From Candidatus Latescibacterota bacterium (lineage in GTDB: Bacteria > Latescibacterota > UBA2968 > GCA-2709665), in assembly GCA_965116875.1 (NCBI GenBank), contig OZ220733.1, forward strand, positions 3,584,001 through 3,648,000: a stretch of 64,000 nt of DNA, in the 5' to 3' direction. Below the pieces are notes generated by a model. The model was given only the letters and a program-made list of their open reading frames with translations, made no database searches and had not been told where the DNA came from. Position 1 is the stretch's first letter, and every line of letters begins with the position of its first letter. The translations under genes and the position numbers were made by a program. This document shows, one piece after another, positions 22,126 through 31,070 of the stretch.

Positions 22126-22258
22126 TCGGGGCTGAATATGCAAACGGTCCTGGCATCGGACCGAATCGTCATCGGCGGAAGCCTTACCGGCTTCCGCCGT
22201 TGTTATTTGTACGGAAATCTCGCGAAACCGCGGGCCATTCCACGCCACACGGGATTTC

Positions 22259-22283
22259 GTAGGGGCAACCCTTGTGGTTGCCC
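22259..22283 (+). repeat. GTAG-type REP palindrome
   Basis: GTAG-GGGCAACC-CTTGT-GGTTGCCC; single copy in this window. Confidence 0.6.
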
Positions 22284-22302
22284 GCCTTTCCCCCGTTTGC
22301 GC

Positions 22303-22330
22303 TTGACAAAGCCAGTCGCAAACATATATT
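22303..22330 (+). promoter_or_regulatory. Sigma70-type promoter upstream of the higB remnant and higA
   Basis: TTGACA-16bp-TATATT. Confidence 0.55.
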
Positions 22331-22397
22331 GTCACCTGCTGCTTGGTCCCGGGCACCACGGGGCCATTTTTGTACGTGAACGCGGGGTGTAAGCCGG

Positions 22398-22475
22398 ATG
22401 CGTTCGGGGTTTGAATCGCGTTTCCGCTGGACGGACGATGGTGCGTGCGACGTGGAGATCACGGACTACCATTGA
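22398..22475 (+). pseudogene. higB: C-terminal remnant of a HigB (RelE-family) toxin
   Basis: Translates MRSGFESRFRWTDDGACDVEITDYH*, matching the HigB tail FxWxxGxAxDVEIxDYH. Ends 11 bp before higA. Confidence 0.75.
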
Positions 22476-22486
22476 GAGGCGCGAAC

Positions 22487-22792
22487 ATGAACGCGACGAA
22501 TGGGATGAGACCGGTTCATCCGGGTGAGATACTTCGCGAGGAACTCGACGCGCTCGGGCTGTCGGCCAACGCCCTGGCGAAGGCACTGGGCGTGTCGGTG
22601 AATCGCATCACAATGATTCTGAATGGTCGGCGCGGGGTAAGCGCGGATTCGGCATTGAGGCTGGCGCGCTACTTTGGGACGACCCCTCAGCTTTGGCTCA
22701 ATCTGCAAACGTCATGGGAGCTTCGCAGGGCGGAAATTGAAGCGGGCCACGAGATCGCTGCAAGCGTAACGCCCCGTCAAAGGGTACAATAG
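22487..22792 (+). CDS. higA: HigA-family antitoxin
   Basis: RPVHPGEILREE, Xre HTH, ALRLARYFGTTPQLWLNLQ; RBS GAGAGG. Confidence 0.93.
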   Translation: MNATNGMRPVHPGEILREELDALGLSANALAKALGVSVNRITMILNGRRGVSADSALRLARYFGTTPQLWLNLQTSWELRRAEIEAGHEIAASVTPRQRVQ

Positions 22793-22834
22793 AAATATGA
22801 TGCCCTATTGTCCGCCGCTGACCGGACGAAAGTT

Positions 22835-23125
22835 ATGACCATGAACGACATTGAAAACAGTCGTGTCGGACCCATGCTGAACCCGCCGCACCTGGGCGAA
22901 TTGATTCGCGAGAGCATGGATGAGGTTGGCTGGAACGTCACCGAGACGGCTGTACGCCTCGGCTGTGAGCGAGGCACGCTGTCGCGCGTGTTGAACGGCA
23001 AGGCGGGGGTGTCCGCGAAGATGGTGCTGGCGCTGGAAGATATCGGCTGGGGCGCCGCCGACCACTGGATGCGGATGCAGGCGAGTTTTTCGCTTGCGCA
23101 GGCCCGCCGGGAGCACGTTGTGTAA
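22835..23125 (+). CDS. higA: Second HigA-family antitoxin
   Basis: MLNPPHLGELIRES...LSRVLNGKAGVS...HWMRMQASF. Start is 22835 or 22841. Confidence 0.85.
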   Translation: MTMNDIENSRVGPMLNPPHLGELIRESMDEVGWNVTETAVRLGCERGTLSRVLNGKAGVSAKMVLALEDIGWGAADHWMRMQASFSLAQARREHVV

Positions 23126-23284
23126 AGACCATTTCGCCTGGTCACTTATGCAACTCGGATGGCTATAGAGCGAGCCGTATGGCTCCAGATTGATGGCTGT
23201 TTCCGCCGGTTTTCGCTATCGGGTCGTAGGGGCATAATAGTCGTGCGGGCTTTACGCTCCCGCACGATCCTGAAGAGGTTATTT

Positions 23285-24232
23285 GTGGGTCATCAGGTTC
23301 CGAGTACGGACGTCGGTTCCGGAATTCAGCCGACGGTGGTCGAACACATCGGAAAGACGCCGCTGTTGCGTATCCGGAAATTCGCGGACCACCTGGACGG
23401 CGTTGAGATCTTCGCGAAAATGGAGATGTTCAACCCGGGCGGATCGGTGAAGGACCGGCCGGCGCTGCAGATGATCCGCGACGCAATCGCATCCGGGGAG
23501 TTGACACCGGACAGGGTGATCATCGATTCCACGTCCGGCAATACGGGAATCGCGTACGCGATGATCGGCGCGGCGCTGGGGTACCGGGTGGAACTGGTGA
23601 TGCCCGGCAGCGTGAGCGTGGAGCGCCGGCACGTGATCCAGGCCTACGGGGCCAGCCTGGTGCTGAGCGACCCGCTGGAGGGATCCGACGGCGCCATTCT
23701 GAAATGCAGGGAGATTCTGGCGGCCAATCCGGAGCGGTATTACAAGCCGGACCAGTACAACAACCCTTCGAATCCCAGGGCGCACTATCTGCAGACCGCG
23801 CCGGAAATCTGGCGGCAGACGCGGGGGAGCGTGACCCACTTCGTGGCGACGCTCGGCACCAGCGGCACGTTGATCGGTACCGGCCGGCGGCTGAAGGAAT
23901 ACAACCCCGACATTCAGATTGTCGCCGTGGAACCGCCAGAATTTCACGGCATCGAAGGACTGAAGAATATGGACGTGTCCATTGTGCCGGGCATCTACGA
24001 TCCTTTGGTCTGGGACGAGAAAATCCGCGTGGAGACCGAAGACGCCTATGAAGCCGCCAGAGGATTGACGCGCGAACTCGGCGTTCCCGCGGGGCAGTCA
24101 TGCGGCGCGGCCTTTGCCGGCGCGCTGCGCGTGGCCGAGGAGGAACGGGAAGGGGTTGTGGTTACCCTCTTCCCGGACAGCGGCGAGAAATACATGAGTA
24201 CGCCGCTGTGGCGGCTGGATGAGCCTGATTGA
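23285..24232 (+). CDS. cysM: Cysteine synthase, CysM-like (probably sulfur-carrier dependent)
   Basis: NPGGSVKDR, STSGNTG, LGTSGT, HGIEGLKNM. GTG start after GAGG; adjacent to mec and cysO. Confidence 0.85.
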   Translation: MGHQVPSTDVGSGIQPTVVEHIGKTPLLRIRKFADHLDGVEIFAKMEMFNPGGSVKDRPALQMIRDAIASGELTPDRVIIDSTSGNTGIAYAMIGAALGYRVELVMPGSVSVERRHVIQAYGASLVLSDPLEGSDGAILKCREILAANPERYYKPDQYNNPSNPRAHYLQTAPEIWRQTRGSVTHFVATLGTSGTLIGTGRRLKEYNPDIQIVAVEPPEFHGIEGLKNMDVSIVPGIYDPLVWDEKIRVETEDAYEAARGLTRELGVPAGQSCGAAFAGALRVAEEEREGVVVTLFPDSGEKYMSTPLWRLDEPD

Positions 24233-24713
24233 GGGAGGCGCGAAATTGGATCGGGCGGTCTGGAGAGAAATTCACGAACACGCGCGAAGGGATTATCCTT
24301 CCGAATGCTGCGGGATCGTGGCGGAGGGCGCTGACGGCGCCTGTAGCGTTCATCCGTGCGAGAACATACAGGACCGGCTGCACGCCCGAAATCCGAAGGA
24401 GCATCCGCGCACTTCGAAAAACGCCTACCGGATGGACGATCTGGAGGTTCACCGGATTTTTTCTGCAACGGAGAGCGAGGGCGGACGCGTCGTCGCGTTT
24501 TATCATTCGCACATCGACTGCGGCGCCTACTTCTCCGAGGAAGATCGTCAGGCAGCCATGTTCATGGACCAGCCGGCCTTTCCGGAAGTCGTGTACCTGG
24601 TGGTCTCCGTCGTACAGGGCGCTGTACGGGAAGCGGCCGGGTTTGCATGGGACGAACGGACGAAGACGTTTGTGGAGAAGGTGCTGGAGGGATACGATCC
24701 GGCAATCCGATAG
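24219..24713 (+). CDS. mec: M67/JAMM metallopeptidase (Mec-like)
   Basis: YPSECCG ... FYHSHIDCGAYFSEED, the JAMM E...HSH-x7-S-x2-D motif. Confidence 0.9.
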   Translation: MSLIEGGAKLDRAVWREIHEHARRDYPSECCGIVAEGADGACSVHPCENIQDRLHARNPKEHPRTSKNAYRMDDLEVHRIFSATESEGGRVVAFYHSHIDCGAYFSEEDRQAAMFMDQPAFPEVVYLVVSVVQGAVREAAGFAWDERTKTFVEKVLEGYDPAIR

Positions 24714-24843
24714 AGTCCGGATCGTACCCGGGAACGGCAATCGCGCGTGGGTCACGTCATGGCAGGGTGGTAGGGTGGCAGAATCGACGCATTCAAGGTT
24801 AACTCCTGCAACTCATTTCAACCAGAATCAGGAGGCTTTTACG

Positions 24844-25128
24844 ATGGGCCTGACCGTACGCATTCCAACGCCGTTGCGAAAATTCACCGGCGATCACGCG
24901 GACGTTGAAGCCAGCGGCGCAACGCTGGGCGAACTGCTCGACGATCTGGAATCGAAACACCCCGGCATCAAGGAGAACCTGGTCGACGCCGGCACCGGAA
25001 ATCTGCGTCGATTCGTGAACGTGTACGTCAACGACGAAGACGTTCGTTTTCTGGACGGAACGGAAACGCCGCTCAATGACGGCGACAGCGTGACGATCGT
25101 TCCGGCCATCGCCGGGGGGCGATGTTGA
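24844..25128 (+). CDS. cysO: Ubiquitin-like sulfur carrier (MoaD/ThiS/CysO family), ending GG-RC
   Basis: MGLTVRIPTPLRKFT...LRRFVNVYVNDEDVRFLDG...IVPAIAGGRC; RBS GGAGG. Confidence 0.9.
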   Translation: MGLTVRIPTPLRKFTGDHADVEASGATLGELLDDLESKHPGIKENLVDAGTGNLRRFVNVYVNDEDVRFLDGTETPLNDGDSVTIVPAIAGGRC

Positions 25129-25183
25129 TCGTGGGGCATCCGCGGCGGAAGTCCGTTGCCGCACCGTTTCTATGAGGCCGTGT

Positions 25184-25612
25184 ATGTATGTTTCCTCGAA
25201 GGGCAACTACGGACTGCGGGCCGTCCTGGATCTCGCGCTGCACTACGGCGAAGGGGTTGTGCAGAGCGCGGAAATCGCCTCACGGCAGGATATTCCCGAA
25301 TCCTATCTCGTACAGCTGTTGAATCCATTGCGTAATGCCGGCCTGGTGCGCAGCGTCAGAGGTCGAAAAGGCGGCCACGAACTGATCCGGCGCCCGGAGG
25401 AGATTACCGTGGGGGCTGTACTGGAGGTCCTCGAAGGTCCGGTACAACTCGCGGCGGAAGACAAGGAAGTCGCGGACGGCGCGCCTGACGTGCTGCGGGA
25501 TGTCTATGAGGAGATGGAGGCGGCGGTTGAGGAGGTACTGGGCACCGTTACCTTTGGCGACCTGTGCAGGAAATATCGGATGGAAAGCGGGCGCATCGTG
25601 TTTCGCATCTAA
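25184..25612 (+). CDS. cymR: Rrf2-family regulator, CymR-like
   Basis: SSKGNYGLRA, YLVQLLNPLRNAGLVRSVRGRKGG. Lacks the three IscR cysteines; ends IVFRI. Confidence 0.8.
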   Translation: MYVSSKGNYGLRAVLDLALHYGEGVVQSAEIASRQDIPESYLVQLLNPLRNAGLVRSVRGRKGGHELIRRPEEITVGAVLEVLEGPVQLAAEDKEVADGAPDVLRDVYEEMEAAVEEVLGTVTFGDLCRKYRMESGRIVFRI

Positions 25613-25650
25613 ACTTGCGCCGGTCCGCGCCCACCCTCACGGAATGAACC

Positions 25651-26577
25651 ATGGATGTCCCCAGAACAGGCGACAACATTCTGGAACTTATTGGCGCAAC
25701 GCCCATGGTCCGGCTGAATCGTGTGGCGGATCCCGATGGTGCGGTTGTCTGGGCCAAGCTGGAGGCGTTCAACCCCGCGGGAAGCGTGAAAGACCGGACG
25801 GCGCTGGCCATGATCGAGGCGGCGGAAGCGCGCGGCGATCTGAAGCCCGGGATGAGGATCATAGAGCCCACAAGCGGGAATACGGGCATCGGCCTTGCGA
25901 TGGTGGCTGCCGTGAAGGGGTACAGGCTCACGATCACGATGCCGGAAGGCGTCAGCGACGAGCGCCAGAAACTGCTCAGGGCGCTTGGCGCCGAGGTGGT
26001 GTTGACGTCGACGTACGAAGGGATGCAGGGCACGATAAAGAAGGCGCTGGAACTGGTTGAGGATGGTACGGAATGCTATATGCCGCAGCAGTTCGAGAAC
26101 CCGGCCAATCCGGAGATTCACCGCCGGACCACCGCGCGCGAGATTCTGATGCAGATGGAAGGGGCGCCCGACGCATTCGTCGTGGGCGTGGGGACGGGAG
26201 GCACGGTCACCGGCGTGGGAGAGGTCTTGAAGGCGGAGGATCCGGGAACCTGCATTGTCGGCGTTGAACCGGAGGATTCCGCGGTGCTTTCGGGCAGACA
26301 ACCCGGACCCACGGAGATCGACGGGCTGGGGGCCGGGATGATCCCGGACGTCCTCAATGTGGACATTCTGGACCGCGTCGTTCCGGTTACCAATACACAG
26401 GCGCGACGGATGTCACGCAGGCTGGCGAGGGAAGAGGGCATCCTGGCAGGCATTTCTTCGGGGGCGGCAGCCCACGCGGCCGCAGCGATCGCCGCAGGTA
26501 TGTCGCCGGATGAACGCGTGGTCGTGATCCTGCCGGATACCGGCGAACGCTACATGGGCGCATATCTCTATATGTGA
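25651..26577 (+). CDS. cysK: Cysteine synthase A
   Basis: NPAGSVKDR, EPTSGNTG, QQFENPANP, GVGTGGT, IDGLGAG, PDTGERY. Confidence 0.92.
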   Translation: MDVPRTGDNILELIGATPMVRLNRVADPDGAVVWAKLEAFNPAGSVKDRTALAMIEAAEARGDLKPGMRIIEPTSGNTGIGLAMVAAVKGYRLTITMPEGVSDERQKLLRALGAEVVLTSTYEGMQGTIKKALELVEDGTECYMPQQFENPANPEIHRRTTAREILMQMEGAPDAFVVGVGTGGTVTGVGEVLKAEDPGTCIVGVEPEDSAVLSGRQPGPTEIDGLGAGMIPDVLNVDILDRVVPVTNTQARRMSRRLAREEGILAGISSGAAAHAAAAIAAGMSPDERVVVILPDTGERYMGAYLYM

Positions 26578-26586
26578 GCGAATCCC

Positions 26587-26640
26587 GAAAAGAAAAACGC
26601 GCCTGATGTCTCCAGGGACACCGGGCGCGTTTTTCTTTTC
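26587..26640. terminator. Bidirectional terminator between cysK and rpsT
   Basis: GAAAAGAAAAACGCGCC...GGCGCGTTTTTCTTTTC. Confidence 0.8.
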
Positions 26641-26652
26641 AAGGGGTTGCGC

Positions 26653-26904
26653 CTACAAGGAATTCGCCCGCCGCGCGAGGTCCGATTTGTATCGGGCAGC
26701 GGTGTTTCGATGTAGGACGCCTTTTTTCACACTCCTGTCGATGACCGATACGGCCTGCGGCATCAGCGTTTCCAATTCCCCTCTGTCGCTGGTACTCGAT
26801 GCTTTCTTGAGGGCGGTTCTCAGCTCGGAACGCGCGCTCCTGTTACGCAGACGGGCTCTTCGGTTCTGCCGGAGCCTCTTGTGGGACGATTTGAGCGTGG
26901 GCAA
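26653..26904 (-). CDS. rpsT: 30S ribosomal protein S20
   Basis: PTLKSSHKRLRQ...KGVLHRNTAARYKS; TTG start with GGAGG RBS. Confidence 0.95.
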   Translation of the reverse strand: MPTLKSSHKRLRQNRRARLRNRSARSELRTALKKASSTSDRGELETLMPQAVSVIDRSVKKGVLHRNTAARYKSDLARRANSL

Positions 26905-27136
26905 CGCCTACCTCCTTCGTGCTCCCGCATACGGGAACGGACATTTCAAAAAAGATCAGAAATCGAAACAAGACAATGTAACAGAAAACGGTACGTTACA
27001 CAACCGTTTTATTGAAATCCGCGATGTCGGTGTTCCGGCGATGCTTCAGGTTACGGGAGATGAACGAGACCTCTCCCGTCTCCCCGCATTCAGGCTCTCT
27101 GTCGCCAATTTGACGGCTGTTTTTCTTGAGTCGAGG

Positions 27137-28057
27137 TCAATTGACTTTCAGCAACTCAACGTCGAAAATGAGGGTCGAGCCCGGAGGAATGCGCGCGTTC
27201 GGCCGGTCGCCGTAGGCGAGGCTGGAAGGAATATAGAAGGTGTATGCGGCCCCTTCCTTCATCAATTGCAGGCCTTCGGTCCACCCCCTGATGACGCGGT
27301 TGAGCGGAAACGTTGCCGGTTGTCCGCGCTTGAAGGAACTGTCGAATTCGTTGCCGTCCAGGAGGGCGCCCCGGTAGTGTACGGTCACTGTGTCTGTGGC
27401 GGAGGGCGATTTACCGGAACCCTCCCGGGTTACTTTGTACTGAAGGCCGCTGGGCAGCTCCACGACGCCGGTCTTTGTCCTGTTTTCCTCCAGAAACCGC
27501 CTTCCCTCCTCTTTGTTCTTCATTGCCATTTCTCCAATGTTTGGCCGCGGGCCCCGCGCCTTCATCTGTTCCTGCTGCCGGGCGATCATTTTTTGCCTCA
27601 GCGACGCCATGGCCGCCTTGATCTCGTCTTCGTTCATGCGGCCGTCTGCCTTCGTTACCCGGTCCTTGACTCCAAGCGAGAACGCATCGGGATCAACCTC
27701 AACTCCGGCGTTCTGGCGCAGTCCGTTTACAATGTCCCTGCCTACGGCGTAACCGAGTGAATAGTTGAGTTTCCGGCTGTCCTGCACGTCTTTCTCCTGG
27801 CGAAAGGCCAACAGGGTCTGCTCGATTTCTTCGCGGGTGTACTGGGTCCCACCGCCCGCCGCAGCTTCCCTGACGCCTTTTCCGTATGCATCGGCGTCGA
27901 GTGCGATCTGCGTTTTCTCCAGGCCTTTCGCAACTTCCTCGCCAATCGTGAATCCCAGGCTGTAGCTGGTTCTCTCGTCTTCCGTTGCCAGTTCCTTCTT
28001 TTCCGCTTCGCAGGCGAAGAGAAGCAGCGAAACAAGCAATATCCATCCTTTTCTCAT
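27137..28057 (-). CDS. FKBP-type PPIase lipoprotein (FkpA/Mip family) with two FKBP_N domains
   Basis: Lipobox LLFAC; two SYSLG/NYSLG modules; LPSGLQY, VHYRG, FDSS, VIRGWTEGL, IPPGSTLIFDVEL. Confidence 0.92.
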   Translation of the reverse strand: MRKGWILLVSLLLFACEAEKKELATEDERTSYSLGFTIGEEVAKGLEKTQIALDADAYGKGVREAAAGGGTQYTREEIEQTLLAFRQEKDVQDSRKLNYSLGYAVGRDIVNGLRQNAGVEVDPDAFSLGVKDRVTKADGRMNEDEIKAAMASLRQKMIARQQEQMKARGPRPNIGEMAMKNKEEGRRFLEENRTKTGVVELPSGLQYKVTREGSGKSPSATDTVTVHYRGALLDGNEFDSSFKRGQPATFPLNRVIRGWTEGLQLMKEGAAYTFYIPSSLAYGDRPNARIPPGSTLIFDVELLKVN

Positions 28058-28173
28058 TGAACTCTCCTGACTGATGACGTGATGACGCGAGGTTTTTCGG
28101 CCCTGTCGAACTGGATCGCGAATGAAATGGGTTCGACGCCGGGCGCCCGATTGCAAATAGATGCCGGTTACCT

Positions 28174-28941
28174 TCAACGGATGTAGATCCCGCCGTTGGC
28201 GTCGATAATCTCGCCCGTAATGAAGCTGCCCTGTTCGGAGGCGAGGAGCATGACGGCGCCGACCATTTCCTCAGCCCGGCCGACCCGCTTCAGCGGTGTG
28301 GCTTGTCCGAAGGATTCAAGCTGCTCCGGTGTGGAGTGCCGGTGCTGCATCGGCGTGTCGATCACGCCTGGCGCCAGGGCATTGACCCGGATGCCGAACG
28401 GCGCAAGCTCCTTTGCGAGTCCCCGTGTGAACGTATTGACCCCGCCCTTTGCCGTGCCGTAGGGCAGGGTGCCTCCCCCTCCGCCCGTATGGCCGGCAAC
28501 GGAGGAAATATTGACGATTGCGCCGGAGCCGTTCTTCTGCATGGCGGGTATGGCCGCGCGGCAGCACAGGAACACACTCTTCAGGTTGACGTTGATCATA
28601 TGGTCCCAGAGTTCTTCCGGGCACTCGGCAATGCGCGCCTTGTCCATCCACTGTCCGGCGTTGTTGATAAGCACGTCCAGCCGGCCGACGAAGGTTTCCA
28701 TGGTATGGTCCACCATTCGCTGGACGTCCGCCCCGCTGCAGACGTCCGTCTTCAGGGTTTCAACGCGGCCTTCCAACGACGCGGCCTCTTCACTAAGCGC
28801 GTCCGCGCCGGCCCTGTTGCTGTTGTAGGTGGCCACGACAGACGCGCCTTCGCCTGCAAGGGCGAGTGCGACGGCCCTCCCGATTCCGCTGCTGGCGCCT
28901 GTAACGATTGCGACTTTCCCTGTGAACTGCCCGTGGCTCAT
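28174..28941 (-). CDS. SDR-family oxidoreductase
   Basis: TGASSGIG, NNAG, YGTAK. Confidence 0.92.
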   Translation of the reverse strand: MSHGQFTGKVAIVTGASSGIGRAVALALAGEGASVVATYNSNRAGADALSEEAASLEGRVETLKTDVCSGADVQRMVDHTMETFVGRLDVLINNAGQWMDKARIAECPEELWDHMINVNLKSVFLCCRAAIPAMQKNGSGAIVNISSVAGHTGGGGGTLPYGTAKGGVNTFTRGLAKELAPFGIRVNALAPGVIDTPMQHRHSTPEQLESFGQATPLKRVGRAEEMVGAVMLLASEQGSFITGEIIDANGGIYIR

Positions 28942-29001
28942 ATCCGTCCTCTCTCCGCGCCGAACTCCATAATATCCGCTTGCCGTGTCGGCGAGATCGT
29001 C

Positions 29002-29790
29002 TCAGTCCTTGTCAAAGAGCTTCTTCCAGTCCGAAAACGCCATCTGTCCGCCGTCCGCAACGAGGGTCTGTCCGGTGATGAACCGGGCGTCGGCGGTCGT
29101 GAGAAAGTGTACGATACCCGCGATTTCCCCGGGTTCGCCGTAGCGGCCCTGCGGTATCAACTTGAGGTAGTTGTCCAGGGTTTCCGTGTCGTCCAGCAGG
29201 TCGTCGTTCGCCGGCGTGTTGATGACGCCCGGGCATATGGCGTTCACGCGTACGTTGTGCGGCGCCAATTCTCCCGCGGCGGTCCGGGTAAGGGCCACAA
29301 GCGCCGCTTTGGATGAGTCGTACGCGGCGGAGCCCTTGCTGGACACCATGGCATTGCGGGAAGCGATGTTGACAATCACGCCGTCGCCCCGCTCGATCAT
29401 CCCGGGCGCCACTTCGCGTGTCAGGATGAACGGGGCCGTGGTATTGATCCGGTAGATCTCCTCCCATCGGTCCAGGGCGATGTCGACCAGGGGTTCGTAG
29501 CACCAGGCGCCTGCGTTGTTGACGAGTACGTCGATGGCGCCATGCGCCCTGACGAGCCCGGACACCAGGTCGGGGATGGCCTCGAGGTCGTTCAGGTCGA
29601 AGACGCACGGGATGGTGTTGGGAACACTTCCGGCCAGTTGCTTCAGCGCGCGCCCGGAACGATCCAGGGCGATAACCCGGCGCCCCTCATCGGAAAACCG
29701 CCTGGCAATGGCTTCGCCGATGCCGCTGGCGGCGCCCGTGACGAACGCGAGGGTGCCCGATCTCTCCATGGACTGACCTTGATGCGTCAT
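29002..29790 (-). CDS. SDR-family oxidoreductase
   Basis: TGAASGIG, NNAG, YDSSK. Start may be 29769. Confidence 0.92.
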   Translation of the reverse strand: MTHQGQSMERSGTLAFVTGAASGIGEAIARRFSDEGRRVIALDRSGRALKQLAGSVPNTIPCVFDLNDLEAIPDLVSGLVRAHGAIDVLVNNAGAWCYEPLVDIALDRWEEIYRINTTAPFILTREVAPGMIERGDGVIVNIASRNAMVSSKGSAAYDSSKAALVALTRTAAGELAPHNVRVNAICPGVINTPANDDLLDDTETLDNYLKLIPQGRYGEPGEIAGIVHFLTTADARFITGQTLVADGGQMAFSDWKKLFDKD

Positions 29791-29818
29791 TTCTCAGGGA
29801 CATTCAATGGAAAATCCG

Positions 29819-29846
29819 TTTCGTAGTCTCGTATTCTCGTAGCTTC
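29819..29846. repeat. Short TCGTAGTC octamer array
   Basis: TCGTAGTC TCGTATTC TCGTAGCT, just after the Gfo/Idh/MocA stop. Confidence 0.6.
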
Positions 29847-31049
29847 TTACAGCCACCCCGCAACGGTCCACATGGCGCTGAGGCGGCCGAAGGAGGCGTT
29901 GAGCAATCCATTGGCGTCGGCCACGGGATCGCCCCCGTAGTAGCGGTTGAATTCGGCGCGAATGCGCTCTTCCAGGCCCGTGGTCCCGTTCAGCGGGATG
30001 TCAACCCAACCGCCTCCGGTTTCGGCGCTCTCGCGTAACGCCACCCACATTTCATAGTCCAGCCGTCCGCCCTCCGCACCGTACCGGAGGCCGGCGTTCC
30101 GCGTGACGGCCGTGTGGAGACTCTCCACAATGGCGGCTTTGGCCACGTCGTCCTGGCTGGAAATCCTGCACTGTTTGTAGGGGTTTTCCCAGGCGATGGG
30201 AGGATCCGTGTCCACCTGTACCCTGGCGAGGACCCGTTCGCCGTCGACTTCCTCGTGAATCTCACGGATGGGGTACGTGTTGCGCCCGTCTGTACTGTAA
30301 AGGGTCAGCTCGCCGCCGGACAGGTAGCCGTTGACCCCTTCTATGTCCCAATTCATGCCGGACGCCGCGCCGGGTGTGGTGGGCATTTCGTAGATGCACG
30401 CCACATCGTTCTCGAATTCGATCACGCCGCTTTCCCACCAACGGGTTGTTTCATCTCCCCCGCCGTAGTTTCTGTAGGGCGGAACCTCGACGGCCTGTGC
30501 GTATCCCATCGCTCGTCTCGGCTTGCTGTCCAATATCATGCGGACGGCGTTCAGGCCGTGGTAACTGCCGGCCGGATACCGGAGACGCGCGTGGGTGAGC
30601 CTTCCCAGGACGCCGGCGCGCGCGATTTTCTGTTTGAGTTGCTCGTTGGGCCAGAGCCAGACGTTTTCCGCGACTTCCCATTTCAGACCCTTCCCGCTTG
30701 CCGCGCGGGCGATTGCGTCACCCATGTCCAGCGTGAGCGCGTAAGGGATTTCGGTAATGACGTGGCAACCGTGTTCAATGCCCGCAAACGCTGCAACCGT
30801 CTGGCCGTCGGTGGGGAGCAGGACAAAGAAGACATCGGGCTTCTGTTCATTCAGCAGTGATTCAATGCACGTGTAGCGCGCCGGAACGTCGAACAAATCA
30901 CCCGCCGCGTTCAGGGCCTCTTCACCGGCGTCGCAGATGGCGCAGAGGTCGTACAGGTGCGATAGCTTCTTTATCGTGGCGAGGTAGCCTCTGGCGCGGG
31001 AGCCGGCTTCAACGCCGACACCGGCGACGGCCATCCGCAACGTGGGCAT
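29847..31049 (-). CDS. Gfo/Idh/MocA-family oxidoreductase
   Basis: N-terminal Rossmann fold (LRMAVAGVG, LCAICD); HVITEIP (EKP variant); VAEN; YHG. Confidence 0.8.
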   Translation of the reverse strand: MPTLRMAVAGVGVEAGSRARGYLATIKKLSHLYDLCAICDAGEEALNAAGDLFDVPARYTCIESLLNEQKPDVFFVLLPTDGQTVAAFAGIEHGCHVITEIPYALTLDMGDAIARAASGKGLKWEVAENVWLWPNEQLKQKIARAGVLGRLTHARLRYPAGSYHGLNAVRMILDSKPRRAMGYAQAVEVPPYRNYGGGDETTRWWESGVIEFENDVACIYEMPTTPGAASGMNWDIEGVNGYLSGGELTLYSTDGRNTYPIREIHEEVDGERVLARVQVDTDPPIAWENPYKQCRISSQDDVAKAAIVESLHTAVTRNAGLRYGAEGGRLDYEMWVALRESAETGGGWVDIPLNGTTGLEERIRAEFNRYYGGDPVADANGLLNASFGRLSAMWTVAGWL

Positions 31050-31070
31050 GGGACGGGTTCCTCAACTCTA

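Noticed and set aside
20984-23200. Integrative island at tRNA-Lys
   Set aside because: No integrase and no duplicated tRNA 3' end was seen; the downstream genes are metabolic.
24229-24843. 299-aa ORF suggesting a long CysO fusion
   Set aside because: The upstream part overlaps mec in another frame; the real start is ATG 24844 with an RBS.
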